Shown here one piece after another: positions 1 through 9,471 of a DNA stretch of 64,000 nucleotides (position 1 is its first letter; every line of letters begins with the position of its first letter). Below the pieces are notes generated by a model. The model was given only the letters and a program-made list of their open reading frames with translations, was not told the origin of the DNA and did not search any database. This DNA comes from Phormidesmis sp. GTDB taxonomy: Bacteria; Cyanobacteriota; Cyanobacteriia; Leptolyngbyales; Leptolyngbyaceae. The position numbers were made by a program, and so were the translations under genes. The stretch is taken from positions 1,600,001 through 1,664,000 of the forward strand of contig CBDFJR010000005.1 in NCBI GenBank assembly GCA_965248535.1. Reading direction: 5' to 3'.

Positions 1-594
1 TCTGCTCACGAAGAAGCCGATCATGGGGATGAGCATCACGGTCACGATCCCCACGAGTCGCCTCTGACCATGACGCTGCCGCTGTTAATTTTGGCAGTGC
101 CTTCAACCTTGATCGGTCTAGTGGGCACCCCCTTTAACAACTACTTTGAGGCGTTTATTCACGCGCCCGGTGAAGCGGTGCAGGTTGCTGCCGAAGCCGG
201 ATCAGAGCATCTGTCTGAGTTTTATGTGATGGCAGGTAGCTCGGTCGGCATTTCGCTGATTGGGATCTCGATCGCCACTCTGATGTACCTCCAGCGCAAG
301 ATTGATCCAGGCGCGATCGCTGCCAAGATTCCCTTCCTGTACAAGCTTTCAAAGAACAAGTGGTATATCGATGAGATCTACAATGAGTTCTTTGTCAAAG
401 GCAGCCGCCGTTTGGCCCGCCAAGTTTTAGAAGTCGATTACAAAGTAGTAGATGGCGTGGTCAACCTGGCAGGTCTGGCAACGCTGCTGACGGGTGAAGG
501 TCTCAAGTATCTTGAAAATGGTCGCGCTCAATTTTATGCGCTGATTATTTTTGTCGCGGTGCTGGGTTTGGTGATCTTCTCTGGCGTGACTTAA
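1..594 (+). CDS. ndhF: NDH-1 subunit 5 (NdhF1), 3' part; runs off the window edge
   Basis: Frame is open from base 1 (SAHEEADHGDEHHGHDPHESPLTM...). C-terminus KWYIDEIY...GEGLKYLENGRAQFYALI is typical of NdhF1. Followed by ndhD. Confidence 0.95.
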   Translation, partial: SAHEEADHGDEHHGHDPHESPLTMTLPLLILAVPSTLIGLVGTPFNNYFEAFIHAPGEAVQVAAEAGSEHLSEFYVMAGSSVGISLIGISIATLMYLQRKIDPGAIAAKIPFLYKLSKNKWYIDEIYNEFFVKGSRRLARQVLEVDYKVVDGVVNLAGLATLLTGEGLKYLENGRAQFYALIIFVAVLGLVIFSGVT

Positions 595-705
595 AGACAT
601 AGGGGGATCAGCAAAGCCACCGATCGCCTCCTGATCCCCAACCCTTTATCAAAGAACAATTAGCGAAATTCTTGCACAAGTCATCACTAAACCTTAAAAA
701 CTAGA

Positions 706-2298
706 ATGCTAACGGCAGATTTTCCCTGGCTGACTACGATCATTTTGTTTCCGATCGCGGCCTCTCTCTTCATTCCGATCATTCCAGATAAAGATGGCAA
801 AACCGTTCGCTGGTATGCACTGCTTATTGGATTGCTCGACTTTGCCCTGATTGTCTATGCGTTCTATACCCAATACGATTTTTCTAACCCAGATTTGCAG
901 CTAGTTGAGAGTTACCCCTGGGTGCCGCCACTCGATCTCAACTGGTCGGTGGGAGCAGACGGGCTATCGATGCCGCTGATTATTTTGACCGGATTCATCA
1001 CCACGCTGGCGATTTTGGCCGCCTGGCCCGTGACCTTAAAGCCAAAGCTGTTCTATTTCTTGATGCTGGTCATGTTTGGGGGACAGATTGCAGTCTTTGC
1101 CGTGCAGGATATGCTGCTGTTCTTCCTATCGTGGGAATTGGAACTAGTTCCAATCTATTTCCTACTGTCGATCTGGGGTGGGAAAAAGCGTCTCTATGCC
1201 GCCACAAAGTTTATTCTCTACACGGCAGGCGGATCGCTGTTTATTTTAGTGGCAGCCTTGGCGATGGCCTTCTACGGCGGAGACATCACCTTTGACTTCC
1301 GATCGCTAGCTGCCAAAGACTATCCCCTAATTTTCCAGCTTTGGATCTACACCGCCTTCTTAATCGCCTACGCAGTCAAGTTGCCCATCATTCCCCTACA
1401 CACTTGGCTGCCGGATGCCCACGGTGAGGCGACGGCTCCAGTTCACATGCTGCTAGCGGGAATTTTACTCAAAATGGGCGGCTATGCCCTGATTCGGATG
1501 AATGCCGAAATGCTCCCGGCGGCTCATGCAACCGTTGCTCCCGCATTGGTCGTTTTGGGGGTTGTGAACATTATATATGCAGCCCTCACCTCTTTTGCCC
1601 AACGCAATCTAAAGCGCAAAATTGCTTACTCCTCTATCTCTCATATGGGGTTTGTGCTGATTGGCATCGCGTCCTTCACGGACTTAGGCTTAAGCGGTGC
1701 TGTGCTGCAAATGGTTTCTCACGGTCTAATTGGCGCGAGTCTATTTTTCTTGGTCGGGGCAACCTACGATCGCACTCACACCCTCATGCTGGATGAAATG
1801 GGCGGCGTGGGTAAGCAAATGCCCAAAATTTTCTCAATGTTCACCGCCTGCTCTCTCGCATCGCTGGCCCTGCCAGGCATGAGCGGCTTTGTCGCCGAAC
1901 TGATGGTGTTTGTGGGCTTTGCTACTAGCGATGCCTATAGCCTCACCTTTCGGGTGATTATTGTATGTTTGGCGGCGATCGGCGTGATTTTGACCCCGAT
2001 TTATCTGCTCTCAATGCTGCGAGAAATCTTCTATGGGCCTGAAAACAAAGAACTGACTTCTCACGAAGTTTTAGTCGATGCCGAGCCGCGTGAGGTCTTC
2101 ATCATCGCAAGTTTGCTGATTCCGATTATTGGCATTGGCTTCTACCCTAAGCTGTTGACTCAGATTTACGACTCTAAAACCATTCAGCTAACCGCTCGTC
2201 TCAGAAGTCAGTTGCCTGCGCTGGCGCTTCAGCAAAGCCAAAAGCCTGTGGCGTTCCACACCTTTGGTGAAGCTGAGCAAGCGCCCACGCTGCGTTAG
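706..2298 (+). CDS. ndhD: NDH-1 subunit 4 (NdhD1)
   Basis: 530-aa membrane protein with [20 protein letters not shown] and [11 protein letters not shown] motifs. Confidence 0.96.
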   Translation: MLTADFPWLTTIILFPIAASLFIPIIPDKDGKTVRWYALLIGLLDFALIVYAFYTQYDFSNPDLQLVESYPWVPPLDLNWSVGADGLSMPLIILTGFITTLAILAAWPVTLKPKLFYFLMLVMFGGQIAVFAVQDMLLFFLSWELELVPIYFLLSIWGGKKRLYAATKFILYTAGGSLFILVAALAMAFYGGDITFDFRSLAAKDYPLIFQLWIYTAFLIAYAVKLPIIPLHTWLPDAHGEATAPVHMLLAGILLKMGGYALIRMNAEMLPAAHATVAPALVVLGVVNIIYAALTSFAQRNLKRKIAYSSISHMGFVLIGIASFTDLGLSGAVLQMVSHGLIGASLFFLVGATYDRTHTLMLDEMGGVGKQMPKIFSMFTACSLASLALPGMSGFVAELMVFVGFATSDAYSLTFRVIIVCLAAIGVILTPIYLLSMLREIFYGPENKELTSHEVLVDAEPREVFIIASLLIPIIGIGFYPKLLTQIYDSKTIQLTARLRSQLPALALQQSQKPVAFHTFGEAEQAPTLR

Positions 2299-2319
2299 CC
2301 ATTAACAAAATTCGCAGAC

Positions 2320-2358
2320 AAAAAGAAGGCAGGACGTATGATTTACCTCCTGCCTTCT
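2320..2358 (-). terminator. Intrinsic terminator between the convergent ndhD and devH genes
   Basis: AGAAGGCAGGA...TCCTGCCTTCT inverted repeat with a preceding A-run (U-tail on the minus strand). Confidence 0.7.
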
Positions 2359-2383
2359 AGGTTTGATGACTCCTCGCAGGGGT

Positions 2384-3088
2384 CTAAGCATTGCGAGTGG
2401 TTAACACCGAGTCAGTGGGCAGGCAAAGCAAGTTATCACCCTGGGTGCGAATCATGCCTTTTTGACGCAGTTTGCCCATCAGCCGAGTGACGGTGACCCG
2501 CGTAGACCCGATCGCGCTGCCAATCTGAGCGTGAGTAAGCGGGAAGGGAAGACAATAGCCCTCGTCGGTTGGCTCACCATATTCTTCAATCAGCAAGGTG
2601 AGAAAGCCTAGGAGACGGTCGATCGTGCGACGCTGCCCCAGAGTGCTTAACCAGAGAAGCTTGCGCTGGTGCTGATAGCGAAATGCGTCTAGCACTTCAC
2701 GGCGGAAGTGAGGCCAGTTGTCTAAGTCATGCCAATACATCCACACCACCGAGGTTTGATCGACGTGGGCATAGCTTTGCAAGGTGAAGGGCGACTGGGC
2801 CACGATTTCAAAGGGTTGACCTGTGCCGACAAACCCCAAGAAGGCTTCTTCAGGGCTGATGCGGGCTAGCCGAGTCGTGGTAGTGCCCGTTGCGTTGACT
2901 TGAGCCGTGCCGACCAGCCGCACCGCCCCTTTTTGCACTAGGTAGAGCAACCCTGGACGAGTCGGAATTTTTTCATCTTTGCTGAAGGAGCGAACCCGAT
3001 AGTGCTCTTGTGCCCAATCGATGATCCGCTGCCAGGTAAGAAAGGGACGAGATGCTTCAGAGTTTGGTTGGGAAGATACTGAGTACAT
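2384..3088 (-). CDS. devH: Crp/Fnr-family transcriptional regulator DevH
   Basis: SRPFLTWQRIIDWAQEHYR N-terminus and LTHAQIGSAIGSTRVTVTRL HTH match cyanobacterial DevH as I recall it. Confidence 0.85.
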   Translation of the reverse strand: MYSVSSQPNSEASRPFLTWQRIIDWAQEHYRVRSFSKDEKIPTRPGLLYLVQKGAVRLVGTAQVNATGTTTTRLARISPEEAFLGFVGTGQPFEIVAQSPFTLQSYAHVDQTSVVWMYWHDLDNWPHFRREVLDAFRYQHQRKLLWLSTLGQRRTIDRLLGFLTLLIEEYGEPTDEGYCLPFPLTHAQIGSAIGSTRVTVTRLMGKLRQKGMIRTQGDNLLCLPTDSVLTTRNA

Positions 3089-3509
3089 AAGTTAGTTAGA
3101 GAACAATGTGAGGACTTTGACAAGGGCTGAGTAGTCAGCAAAACCGGAACATTGGCTCAATCCTCAAGCAGGTCAGGATAGAGACAGGGCAAAAGAACTT
3201 TAACAGGCTTTTACAATCTTGTCGGCATTTTCACTGACGTGTCCATAAACAGAAACCTAAATGTCCTGACTTGCAAGGTTTCAGTCATCCTATCTACGCT
3301 AAATAAATATCGATAGCAGATATCACGGGCAAAACTTAAGGATTTTCAACCGAAACTCATCTGATCTTCAGAGCGTCAACCGTAAATATGATGGAATGAT
3401 GAATTGTAACCTACCTAAGATTACTTATCCAGCACTTCGCACATTGTTACGGTTCAAACTTTACGAAGTAATCTACCCTCAGACAGATGTTACCGCCAGA
3501 AAAGTGTCT

Positions 3510-4361
3510 ATGGCTACCTCTCAGAATAACCTTGATTTTTCGAGAGTCGAGCTTTTAAGGGACTCGATCTCGCTCAAACGCCGAAGCGGTAGCGCATTTC
3601 CAATTATTTATCAGTCTGCGATCGCGCTCCAGCTTTCCTCCGTGTTACGGAGAGATTCTCTAGAGGTATCGTATCAAATTTTAGAGCAGTTTCAGCAAGA
3701 AACCGTAAACTTTTGTCAAGAGGATTTGTCAGCAGATCAGTACATTCTTGGTGACTTTAGAGGACAGGTCTTGTCGTCAGGGTTGATCCAATTTGAGTTG
3801 GGCGATCGTGGGTTATCAGTGTGGTTACAGTGCTTAATGACGCTTCCCTTACAGTCCCATTCAATCCCGCTCTCAAGTCCTCTAAAACCGTTGGCACAGA
3901 CGCTAGAAAACCGTCAACAGATGTTTGTCTGTCAACATAGCTATGCCCGATGCTGCTCAGTGCTGCGGCTAGCTCAACCGTCTGAGATAGCCTCACGCTG
4001 GGGAATCCAGGCTCTAGACGATCGCGAGAGAATTCTGATCCCTGATCCGATGCCCTGGTTAACCCCTCAAGGGCCGCTCTGCCTCACTCACTCCGCAGAA
4101 CGATCACTGATTTCTCAACTGGTGACGATCGGAGATGATCTCGCCCAGATGATGACGATGCCTCAATTATGTTTGAGATCCGCGTTTTCCCTGAGTCAGG
4201 CTTTTCAAACCCTTTGTCGGACTTGTCAAATCTCTGAGCTAGTTTCTTCCCCATTGCTCCAGCGTTCTCAAGCTAGGTTGGGTTTAATCCTCATGACTCA
4301 GCGACTATTAAAGCACTTGCTCGAAGTTGGGCTAGCGGCAGAGGCTCCGTCTGAGCTTTAG
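3510..4361 (+). CDS. DALR anticodon-binding-domain protein (ArgRS-like, no catalytic domain)
   Basis: YQSAIALQLS and G-x-I-x-F resemble the ArgRS N-domain. QHSYARCCSVLRLA and ARLGLILMTQRLLKHLL...APSEL resemble the DALR domain. No HIGH or KMSKS motif. Start placed at ATG 3510. Confidence 0.75.
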   Translation: MATSQNNLDFSRVELLRDSISLKRRSGSAFPIIYQSAIALQLSSVLRRDSLEVSYQILEQFQQETVNFCQEDLSADQYILGDFRGQVLSSGLIQFELGDRGLSVWLQCLMTLPLQSHSIPLSSPLKPLAQTLENRQQMFVCQHSYARCCSVLRLAQPSEIASRWGIQALDDRERILIPDPMPWLTPQGPLCLTHSAERSLISQLVTIGDDLAQMMTMPQLCLRSAFSLSQAFQTLCRTCQISELVSSPLLQRSQARLGLILMTQRLLKHLLEVGLAAEAPSEL

Positions 4362-4493
4362 CTTTAGCCCTTTGTGCAGGTGCAAACCGCCGCCTAACCT
4401 TTCCAAACTTTACAGAGGCAGGTCACCGTCTCATAACTTATTTTTATTTAACAAGTGGATGACAAACTCAGACATCTCAGCTAAAGTATTGGG

Positions 4494-4560
4494 GTGTGAG
4501 GAGCGAACCAGTAGGAGCACCGAGACGAAACACGGTCAGTCGTCGGTGCTCTTTCTGATT
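4494..4560 (+). ncRNA. yfr2: Yfr2-family small RNA
   Basis: 5' GTGTGAGGAG motif, then hairpin GGAGCACCGA-GAC-GAAACACG-GTC-AGTCG-TCGGTGCTCT with a GAAACA loop and T-rich tail. -10-like TAAAGT at 4482-4487. Confidence 0.7.
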
Positions 4561-4577
4561 TTAAAGCTCAGGTTAAG

Positions 4578-5429
4578 CTAAAGCACAAACGTCTCAATGG
4601 CTGCTGCTGCTCCATCCAGCTCTACGCTGGGGGCCACCCACTGAGCGATCGCCTGCACCGCTTCGGGGCCATTGCCCATCGCAACGCCGACTCCAGCATA
4701 TTCAATCATTTCTACATCGTTGAAATTGTCGCCGATCGCCATTACATTATCCGCCTTGAGTCCCAGTACGTCTTCGGCCAGATAGCGAATGGCTGCCCCT
4801 TTGTTGGCAGCAGGGTTAGTAGCCTCAAAGAAGGTAGCTACCGATTTTGTCAGATAGAGTTCGGCAGGGGTGTATTGAGTTTGCAGGGAGCCAAGCAACT
4901 GGTCAATCAAGTCAACATCATCGCTGAGGGCTAAGACTTTGGTCGGCTCGGTCGAGAGGGTTGAACGCAGATCGCCTACGGCAATGGGCTGAATGCCCGA
5001 TCGCTCCGCATAGGCTTTGGTTTCAGGGGTGATCTCCCGCACATATAGCTCATCGTTGATGTAGAAGTGCACCGAGAGCAGCGATCGTAGCTCTGGTTGC
5101 TCAAAATAATCTAGCAAACTCAAGACTCGTTCTCTAGGCACCGACCAGTGACGATCGGGCTGTTCTGATCCTGGTTTTTGCACCCATGCGCCCTGATAGG
5201 CAATCAGTGGCAGTGTAGAACCAACCTGTTGATGAAACCGCAGCGCCGATCGAAACATTCTTCCCGTCACGATCGCGACTTGCACCCCTTTTTTTTGCGC
5301 GGCGCGGATCGCCTTCAACACAGGTTCACGGATATCATTAGATTTGCCTGCGATCGTGCCGTCGATGTCTAACGCCAAAAGGCGAATGTCTGGTTTTGAC
5401 CCCGCAAAGTCTGAGGCAACTGGCTGCAT
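4578..5429 (-). CDS. Cof-type HAD-IIB hydrolase
   Basis: DIDGT motif I, VTGR motif II, NKG and IGDNFNDVEM motifs III/IV. Confidence 0.92.
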   Translation of the reverse strand: MQPVASDFAGSKPDIRLLALDIDGTIAGKSNDIREPVLKAIRAAQKKGVQVAIVTGRMFRSALRFHQQVGSTLPLIAYQGAWVQKPGSEQPDRHWSVPRERVLSLLDYFEQPELRSLLSVHFYINDELYVREITPETKAYAERSGIQPIAVGDLRSTLSTEPTKVLALSDDVDLIDQLLGSLQTQYTPAELYLTKSVATFFEATNPAANKGAAIRYLAEDVLGLKADNVMAIGDNFNDVEMIEYAGVGVAMGNGPEAVQAIAQWVAPSVELDGAAAAIETFVL

Positions 5430-5595
5430 AGTAACGGCTCCCTTGTTGATTTTTTCAGTATGAGGGTGTCTGTTCCCATCCCACACGCTGATTAAAAACG
5501 CAATCCATCAGCGCGAAAGAAAGCCACCTAGTTAATTTTCTTTCGTCTTGTCAATGAGTGCTTTAGGTAACAAATTCCGTGGTAGTTTGGGGGTC

Positions 5596-6543
5596 ATGGC
5601 TGAAGTTAGAAATCCTCGTGGGGTGAGTCGTCAGGTTTTATTCGTTACGCTCTGGCTGACGCTGCTGGTGTTGGCCATAAAAGTGTGGATTGGGTGGGCC
5701 ACCCGATCGCTAAGTCTTTTGGCAGAAGCCCTTCACACCGTCATTGATAGTTTCAGCACCGTTCTCAGTTTAGTGGCAGTGGCGGCTCCGCACCGCGTCT
5801 CAGGCAGAGAAGTCTGGGGGCATGGAAGACTCGAAACCACGTTAGCGCTGCTGTTGTCTGCTGTTTTGGGGTTTGCCTGTTTTAGTCTAGTGGGGCTGTC
5901 GATTCAACAGCTTGGGGCGACGCAGACGCTCACCGCACTGCTGCCTGTCAGCCTGTCACTGCCGCTCATTGGGCTGCTGACGATCGTGTTTTTATCAAGT
6001 TTGGGGTTGGCCTATTTTCAACGGCGGTTAGCCAAAACGTTAGAAAGCATCGCCCTGCGAGTAAACGCCAATCAGGTTTTGCAAGATGCTTGGCTGACTC
6101 TGGTGCTGCTGATAGGGTTGGTGGGCATCTGGAAAGGCTATCGCTGGCTCGACCCCCTCATGGCGATCGCGATGGTTTTGACGGCTGTGGTTAGCTGCTG
6201 GCGGGTGTTTAGTTGGCAACTGCCGCTGATGATTCGGCAAACGGCGATCGCCCCCGAAGCCATTTCTCAACTGGTGCGACCTGTGCAGGGGGTCATCACC
6301 TGCTACCAGATTCAATCACGCGGAATTGTTGGCCGTCAGGTGTTGATCGAAATGCGGCTCGTGCTGCACCCCGAATTTATGGGGGCAAGCCAGTGGATTA
6401 TGGAGCAGATCGAAGCCACGATTCGAGAACACTATGGGCCTGTGCAGGTGTGGATAAAAATCGACGACGATCACGACGAGTTGCATCCTTCTGATGAGAC
6501 CCTGCGATCGCAACACCCCAGCCGAGAATTAGACTGGAATTAG
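5596..6543 (+). CDS. Cation diffusion facilitator transporter
   Basis: SLSLLAEALHTVID, WGHGRLE and WLDPLMAI motifs, 6 TM segments and a C-terminal dimerisation domain. Confidence 0.88.
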   Translation: MAEVRNPRGVSRQVLFVTLWLTLLVLAIKVWIGWATRSLSLLAEALHTVIDSFSTVLSLVAVAAPHRVSGREVWGHGRLETTLALLLSAVLGFACFSLVGLSIQQLGATQTLTALLPVSLSLPLIGLLTIVFLSSLGLAYFQRRLAKTLESIALRVNANQVLQDAWLTLVLLIGLVGIWKGYRWLDPLMAIAMVLTAVVSCWRVFSWQLPLMIRQTAIAPEAISQLVRPVQGVITCYQIQSRGIVGRQVLIEMRLVLHPEFMGASQWIMEQIEATIREHYGPVQVWIKIDDDHDELHPSDETLRSQHPSRELDWN

Positions 6544-6714
6544 AGGCATTAACCTGTTTGTTAATCGGGTTGTTAAACCCTGTTAAGAAATTTTTGGCTG
6601 AGGCTTGATCGATTCCTTGCTCAAACGATCGCTCTTGCTGAATGATAGAGAGCCGTGTCGCTATTCTATAAGTAGTTAAATCTGAGTGATATTCTGTTTG
6701 CAGGCTTTGAAATT

Positions 6715-8499
6715 ATGAGTGCTACGAATGCTTTGCAGTCTTCTGAAGGGGTGATTGCACAATTAAAGAACCGCTTTGAGCAAGCCTTAATCGCTGCATT
6801 TGGAGAAGCACTCGCCGGAACCGACCCGATGCTAGTGCCGACGAGTAACCCCAAGTTTGGAGATTATCAGTCGAATGCACCCTTGGCGTTAGCAAAGCGA
6901 TTAGGGCAGGCACCGAGAGCGATCGCTGAGGCGTTAATTCAGCAGCTTGAGGTGTCTGATCTGTGTTTGCCGCCCGCGATCGCCGGGGCAGGGTTTATCA
7001 ATTTCACTTTAAAGCCAGACTATTTAGCAGCTAGACTTTCAGTTTTTCAGATCGACGATCGCTTGGGTGTAGAAAAAGTCAAGCAGCCAAAGCGAACGAT
7101 CGTGGATTTTTCTAGCCCCAATATTGCTAAAGAAATGCACGTTGGGCATCTACGATCGACCATTATTGGCGACTGCATTGCGAGAATTCTTGAGTTTCAG
7201 GGTCACGACGTTTTGAGGCTCAATCATGTCGGAGATTGGGGCACTCAGTTCGGGATGTTGATTACTTATTTGAGAGAAGTTTGTCCAGATGCCCTCACCA
7301 CTGCGGACGCGTTGGATTTAGGTGATTTAGTCGCATTTTATAAAAAAGCAAAACAGCGATTTGATGAAGATTCAGACTTTCAAGAGCGATCGCGGCACGA
7401 AGTTGTGCGGCTACAATCGGGTGCCGAAGATACCATTCGGGCGTGGAATTTGCTGTGTGAACAGTCTCGAAAAGAGTTTCAGATTATCTACAATCTGCTG
7501 GATATTAGCATCACTGAACGAGGCGAATCTTTCTACAATTCGCTTTTGGCAGCAGTCGTTAAAGACCTAGAAACAGCAGGATTGCTTGTCGAAGATCAGG
7601 GCGCAAAATGCGTTTTTCTAGAGGGTTTTCAAAATCGCGAAGGGCAGCCGCTCCCTCTAATTATTCAAAAGTCAGATGGGGGCTATAACTATGCGACCAC
7701 AGATTTAGCCGCCATTCGCTATCGCATTCAGCAAGATCACGCCCAGCGATTGATTTATGTGACCGATGCGGGGCAGGCAAATCACTTTGCTCAAGTGTTT
7801 CAAGTGGCCCGTCGGGCAGGGTGGATTCCTGACGAGGTGGAAATTGAACACGTTCAGTTTGGGCTGGTGCAGGGCGAAGATGGCAAGAAATTAAAGACCC
7901 GATCGGGCGACACAATCCGGCTGCGAGATCTCTTGGATGAAGCGGTCGATCGGGCCCGGGCCGATCTAGAAACTCGACTTCAAGAAGAGGGTCGTCAAGA
8001 AACTGAAGCATTTATTACCAACGCTTCTGAAATTGTGGGAATTAGCGCCGTCAAATATGCTGATCTAAGCCAAAATCGCACCAGCAACTACATTTTTAGT
8101 TACGACAAAATGTTAGCGCTTCAGGGCAATACTGCACCTTATATGCTTTATGCCTATGTGCGAGTTCAAGGAATCAGTCGTAAGGGTGAAATTGACTTTC
8201 AAAACTTGGGAGCAGGCGCAAAGATTTTGCTGCACGAAGAAACAGAATTAACCTTAGCAAAACATCTCTTGCAGTTAGAAGATATTCTCGATTCCGTCAG
8301 TCAAGATCTGTTTCCCAATCGATTGTGTCAATATTTATTTGAACTGAGTCAAAAATTTAATCAGTTCTACGATCGCTGTCCTGTTTTGCAAGCTGAAGAC
8401 TCGCTTAAAACCTCTCGATTGATGCTCTGCGATCTCACAGCACGAACCCTAAAATTAGGATTATCTCTGTTAGGAATTCGCGTCTTAGAGAGAATGTAG
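6715..8499 (+). CDS. argS: Arginine--tRNA ligase
   Basis: [22 protein letters not shown] (HIGH), KLKTR and a DALR domain ending ERM. Confidence 0.98.
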   Translation: MSATNALQSSEGVIAQLKNRFEQALIAAFGEALAGTDPMLVPTSNPKFGDYQSNAPLALAKRLGQAPRAIAEALIQQLEVSDLCLPPAIAGAGFINFTLKPDYLAARLSVFQIDDRLGVEKVKQPKRTIVDFSSPNIAKEMHVGHLRSTIIGDCIARILEFQGHDVLRLNHVGDWGTQFGMLITYLREVCPDALTTADALDLGDLVAFYKKAKQRFDEDSDFQERSRHEVVRLQSGAEDTIRAWNLLCEQSRKEFQIIYNLLDISITERGESFYNSLLAAVVKDLETAGLLVEDQGAKCVFLEGFQNREGQPLPLIIQKSDGGYNYATTDLAAIRYRIQQDHAQRLIYVTDAGQANHFAQVFQVARRAGWIPDEVEIEHVQFGLVQGEDGKKLKTRSGDTIRLRDLLDEAVDRARADLETRLQEEGRQETEAFITNASEIVGISAVKYADLSQNRTSNYIFSYDKMLALQGNTAPYMLYAYVRVQGISRKGEIDFQNLGAGAKILLHEETELTLAKHLLQLEDILDSVSQDLFPNRLCQYLFELSQKFNQFYDRCPVLQAEDSLKTSRLMLCDLTARTLKLGLSLLGIRVLERM

Positions 8500-8508
8500 A
8501 ATTCCCTT

Positions 8509-9363
8509 ATGAACTTCCATCTTGGCTGTGCAATTTGGGCTTATAAAGGCTGGGTTGGAGATCTATTTCCGGTCAAAGCCCGATCGGGCGATTTTCTCAA
8601 CCTATATAGTCGTCGGTTCACGGCGGTCGAAGGCAACACCACGTTCTATTCAATTCCAGATTCTAAAACGGTTGCGCGATGGGCAGCCGAAACCCCGCCT
8701 GGGTTTAAGTTCTGTTTAAAGCTGCCAAAAGCGCTGACTCACAACCCCTTATTGCAGCCTTCGCTACCGGGAGCGCTGACGTTTTTAGACCAAATGCAGG
8801 GATTGGGCGATCGCTTAGGCCCTTTGTTTGCCCAACTGCCGCCAAGCTACAGTCCTGCAAATTTTGACGATTTGGCAGGCTTTTTAGAGGGCTGGGCGAT
8901 CGCGCGATCGCCCCTAGCCGTCGAAGTTCGGCATCCCGATTGGTTTAAAGAGCCTCACGCCAGCCGACTGAATGGGCTACTAGAGGATCTCAACATCGGA
9001 CGAGTTTTGCTCGACACCCGCCCGATTTATAATGCGCCTGACGATCCTCAAATTGGCTCTGAGCGCCGCAAACCCAACCTGCCGCTGCACCCGATCGTGA
9101 CTGCGCCCTTCAGCCTAATCCGGTTTATCAGTCACCCCGATCGAGAGATCAATCAAGTTTATTTAGAAGAATGGGTGAAAATCGTCGATCGCTGGCTCAG
9201 TCAAGGAACCACCGTTTATTTCTTTGTGCATTGCCCCATTGAAGCGCGATCGCCCCAAACTGCCCGCCACTTTCAGCATCTGCTTCAACAACAGAATCGT
9301 TCCGTTCCACCCTTGCCGTGGGACTCATTGGAGCAAACGCCGACTCAGCTAGATTTGTTCTAA
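8509..9363 (+). CDS. DUF72 domain protein
   Basis: GCAIWAYKGW, VEGNTTFY, QLPPS and AVEVRHPDW motifs. Confidence 0.9.
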   Translation: MNFHLGCAIWAYKGWVGDLFPVKARSGDFLNLYSRRFTAVEGNTTFYSIPDSKTVARWAAETPPGFKFCLKLPKALTHNPLLQPSLPGALTFLDQMQGLGDRLGPLFAQLPPSYSPANFDDLAGFLEGWAIARSPLAVEVRHPDWFKEPHASRLNGLLEDLNIGRVLLDTRPIYNAPDDPQIGSERRKPNLPLHPIVTAPFSLIRFISHPDREINQVYLEEWVKIVDRWLSQGTTVYFFVHCPIEARSPQTARHFQHLLQQQNRSVPPLPWDSLEQTPTQLDLF

Positions 9364-9471
9364 AAGAAAGAACGAGAACGACCATTTTCTTGACTTCCTC
9401 ACTAGCAAGATAGAATGAATCCAGCAAAAGTTCTCAACATTTAGTTAGACACGCGAGGAGCACCGCAAGGC

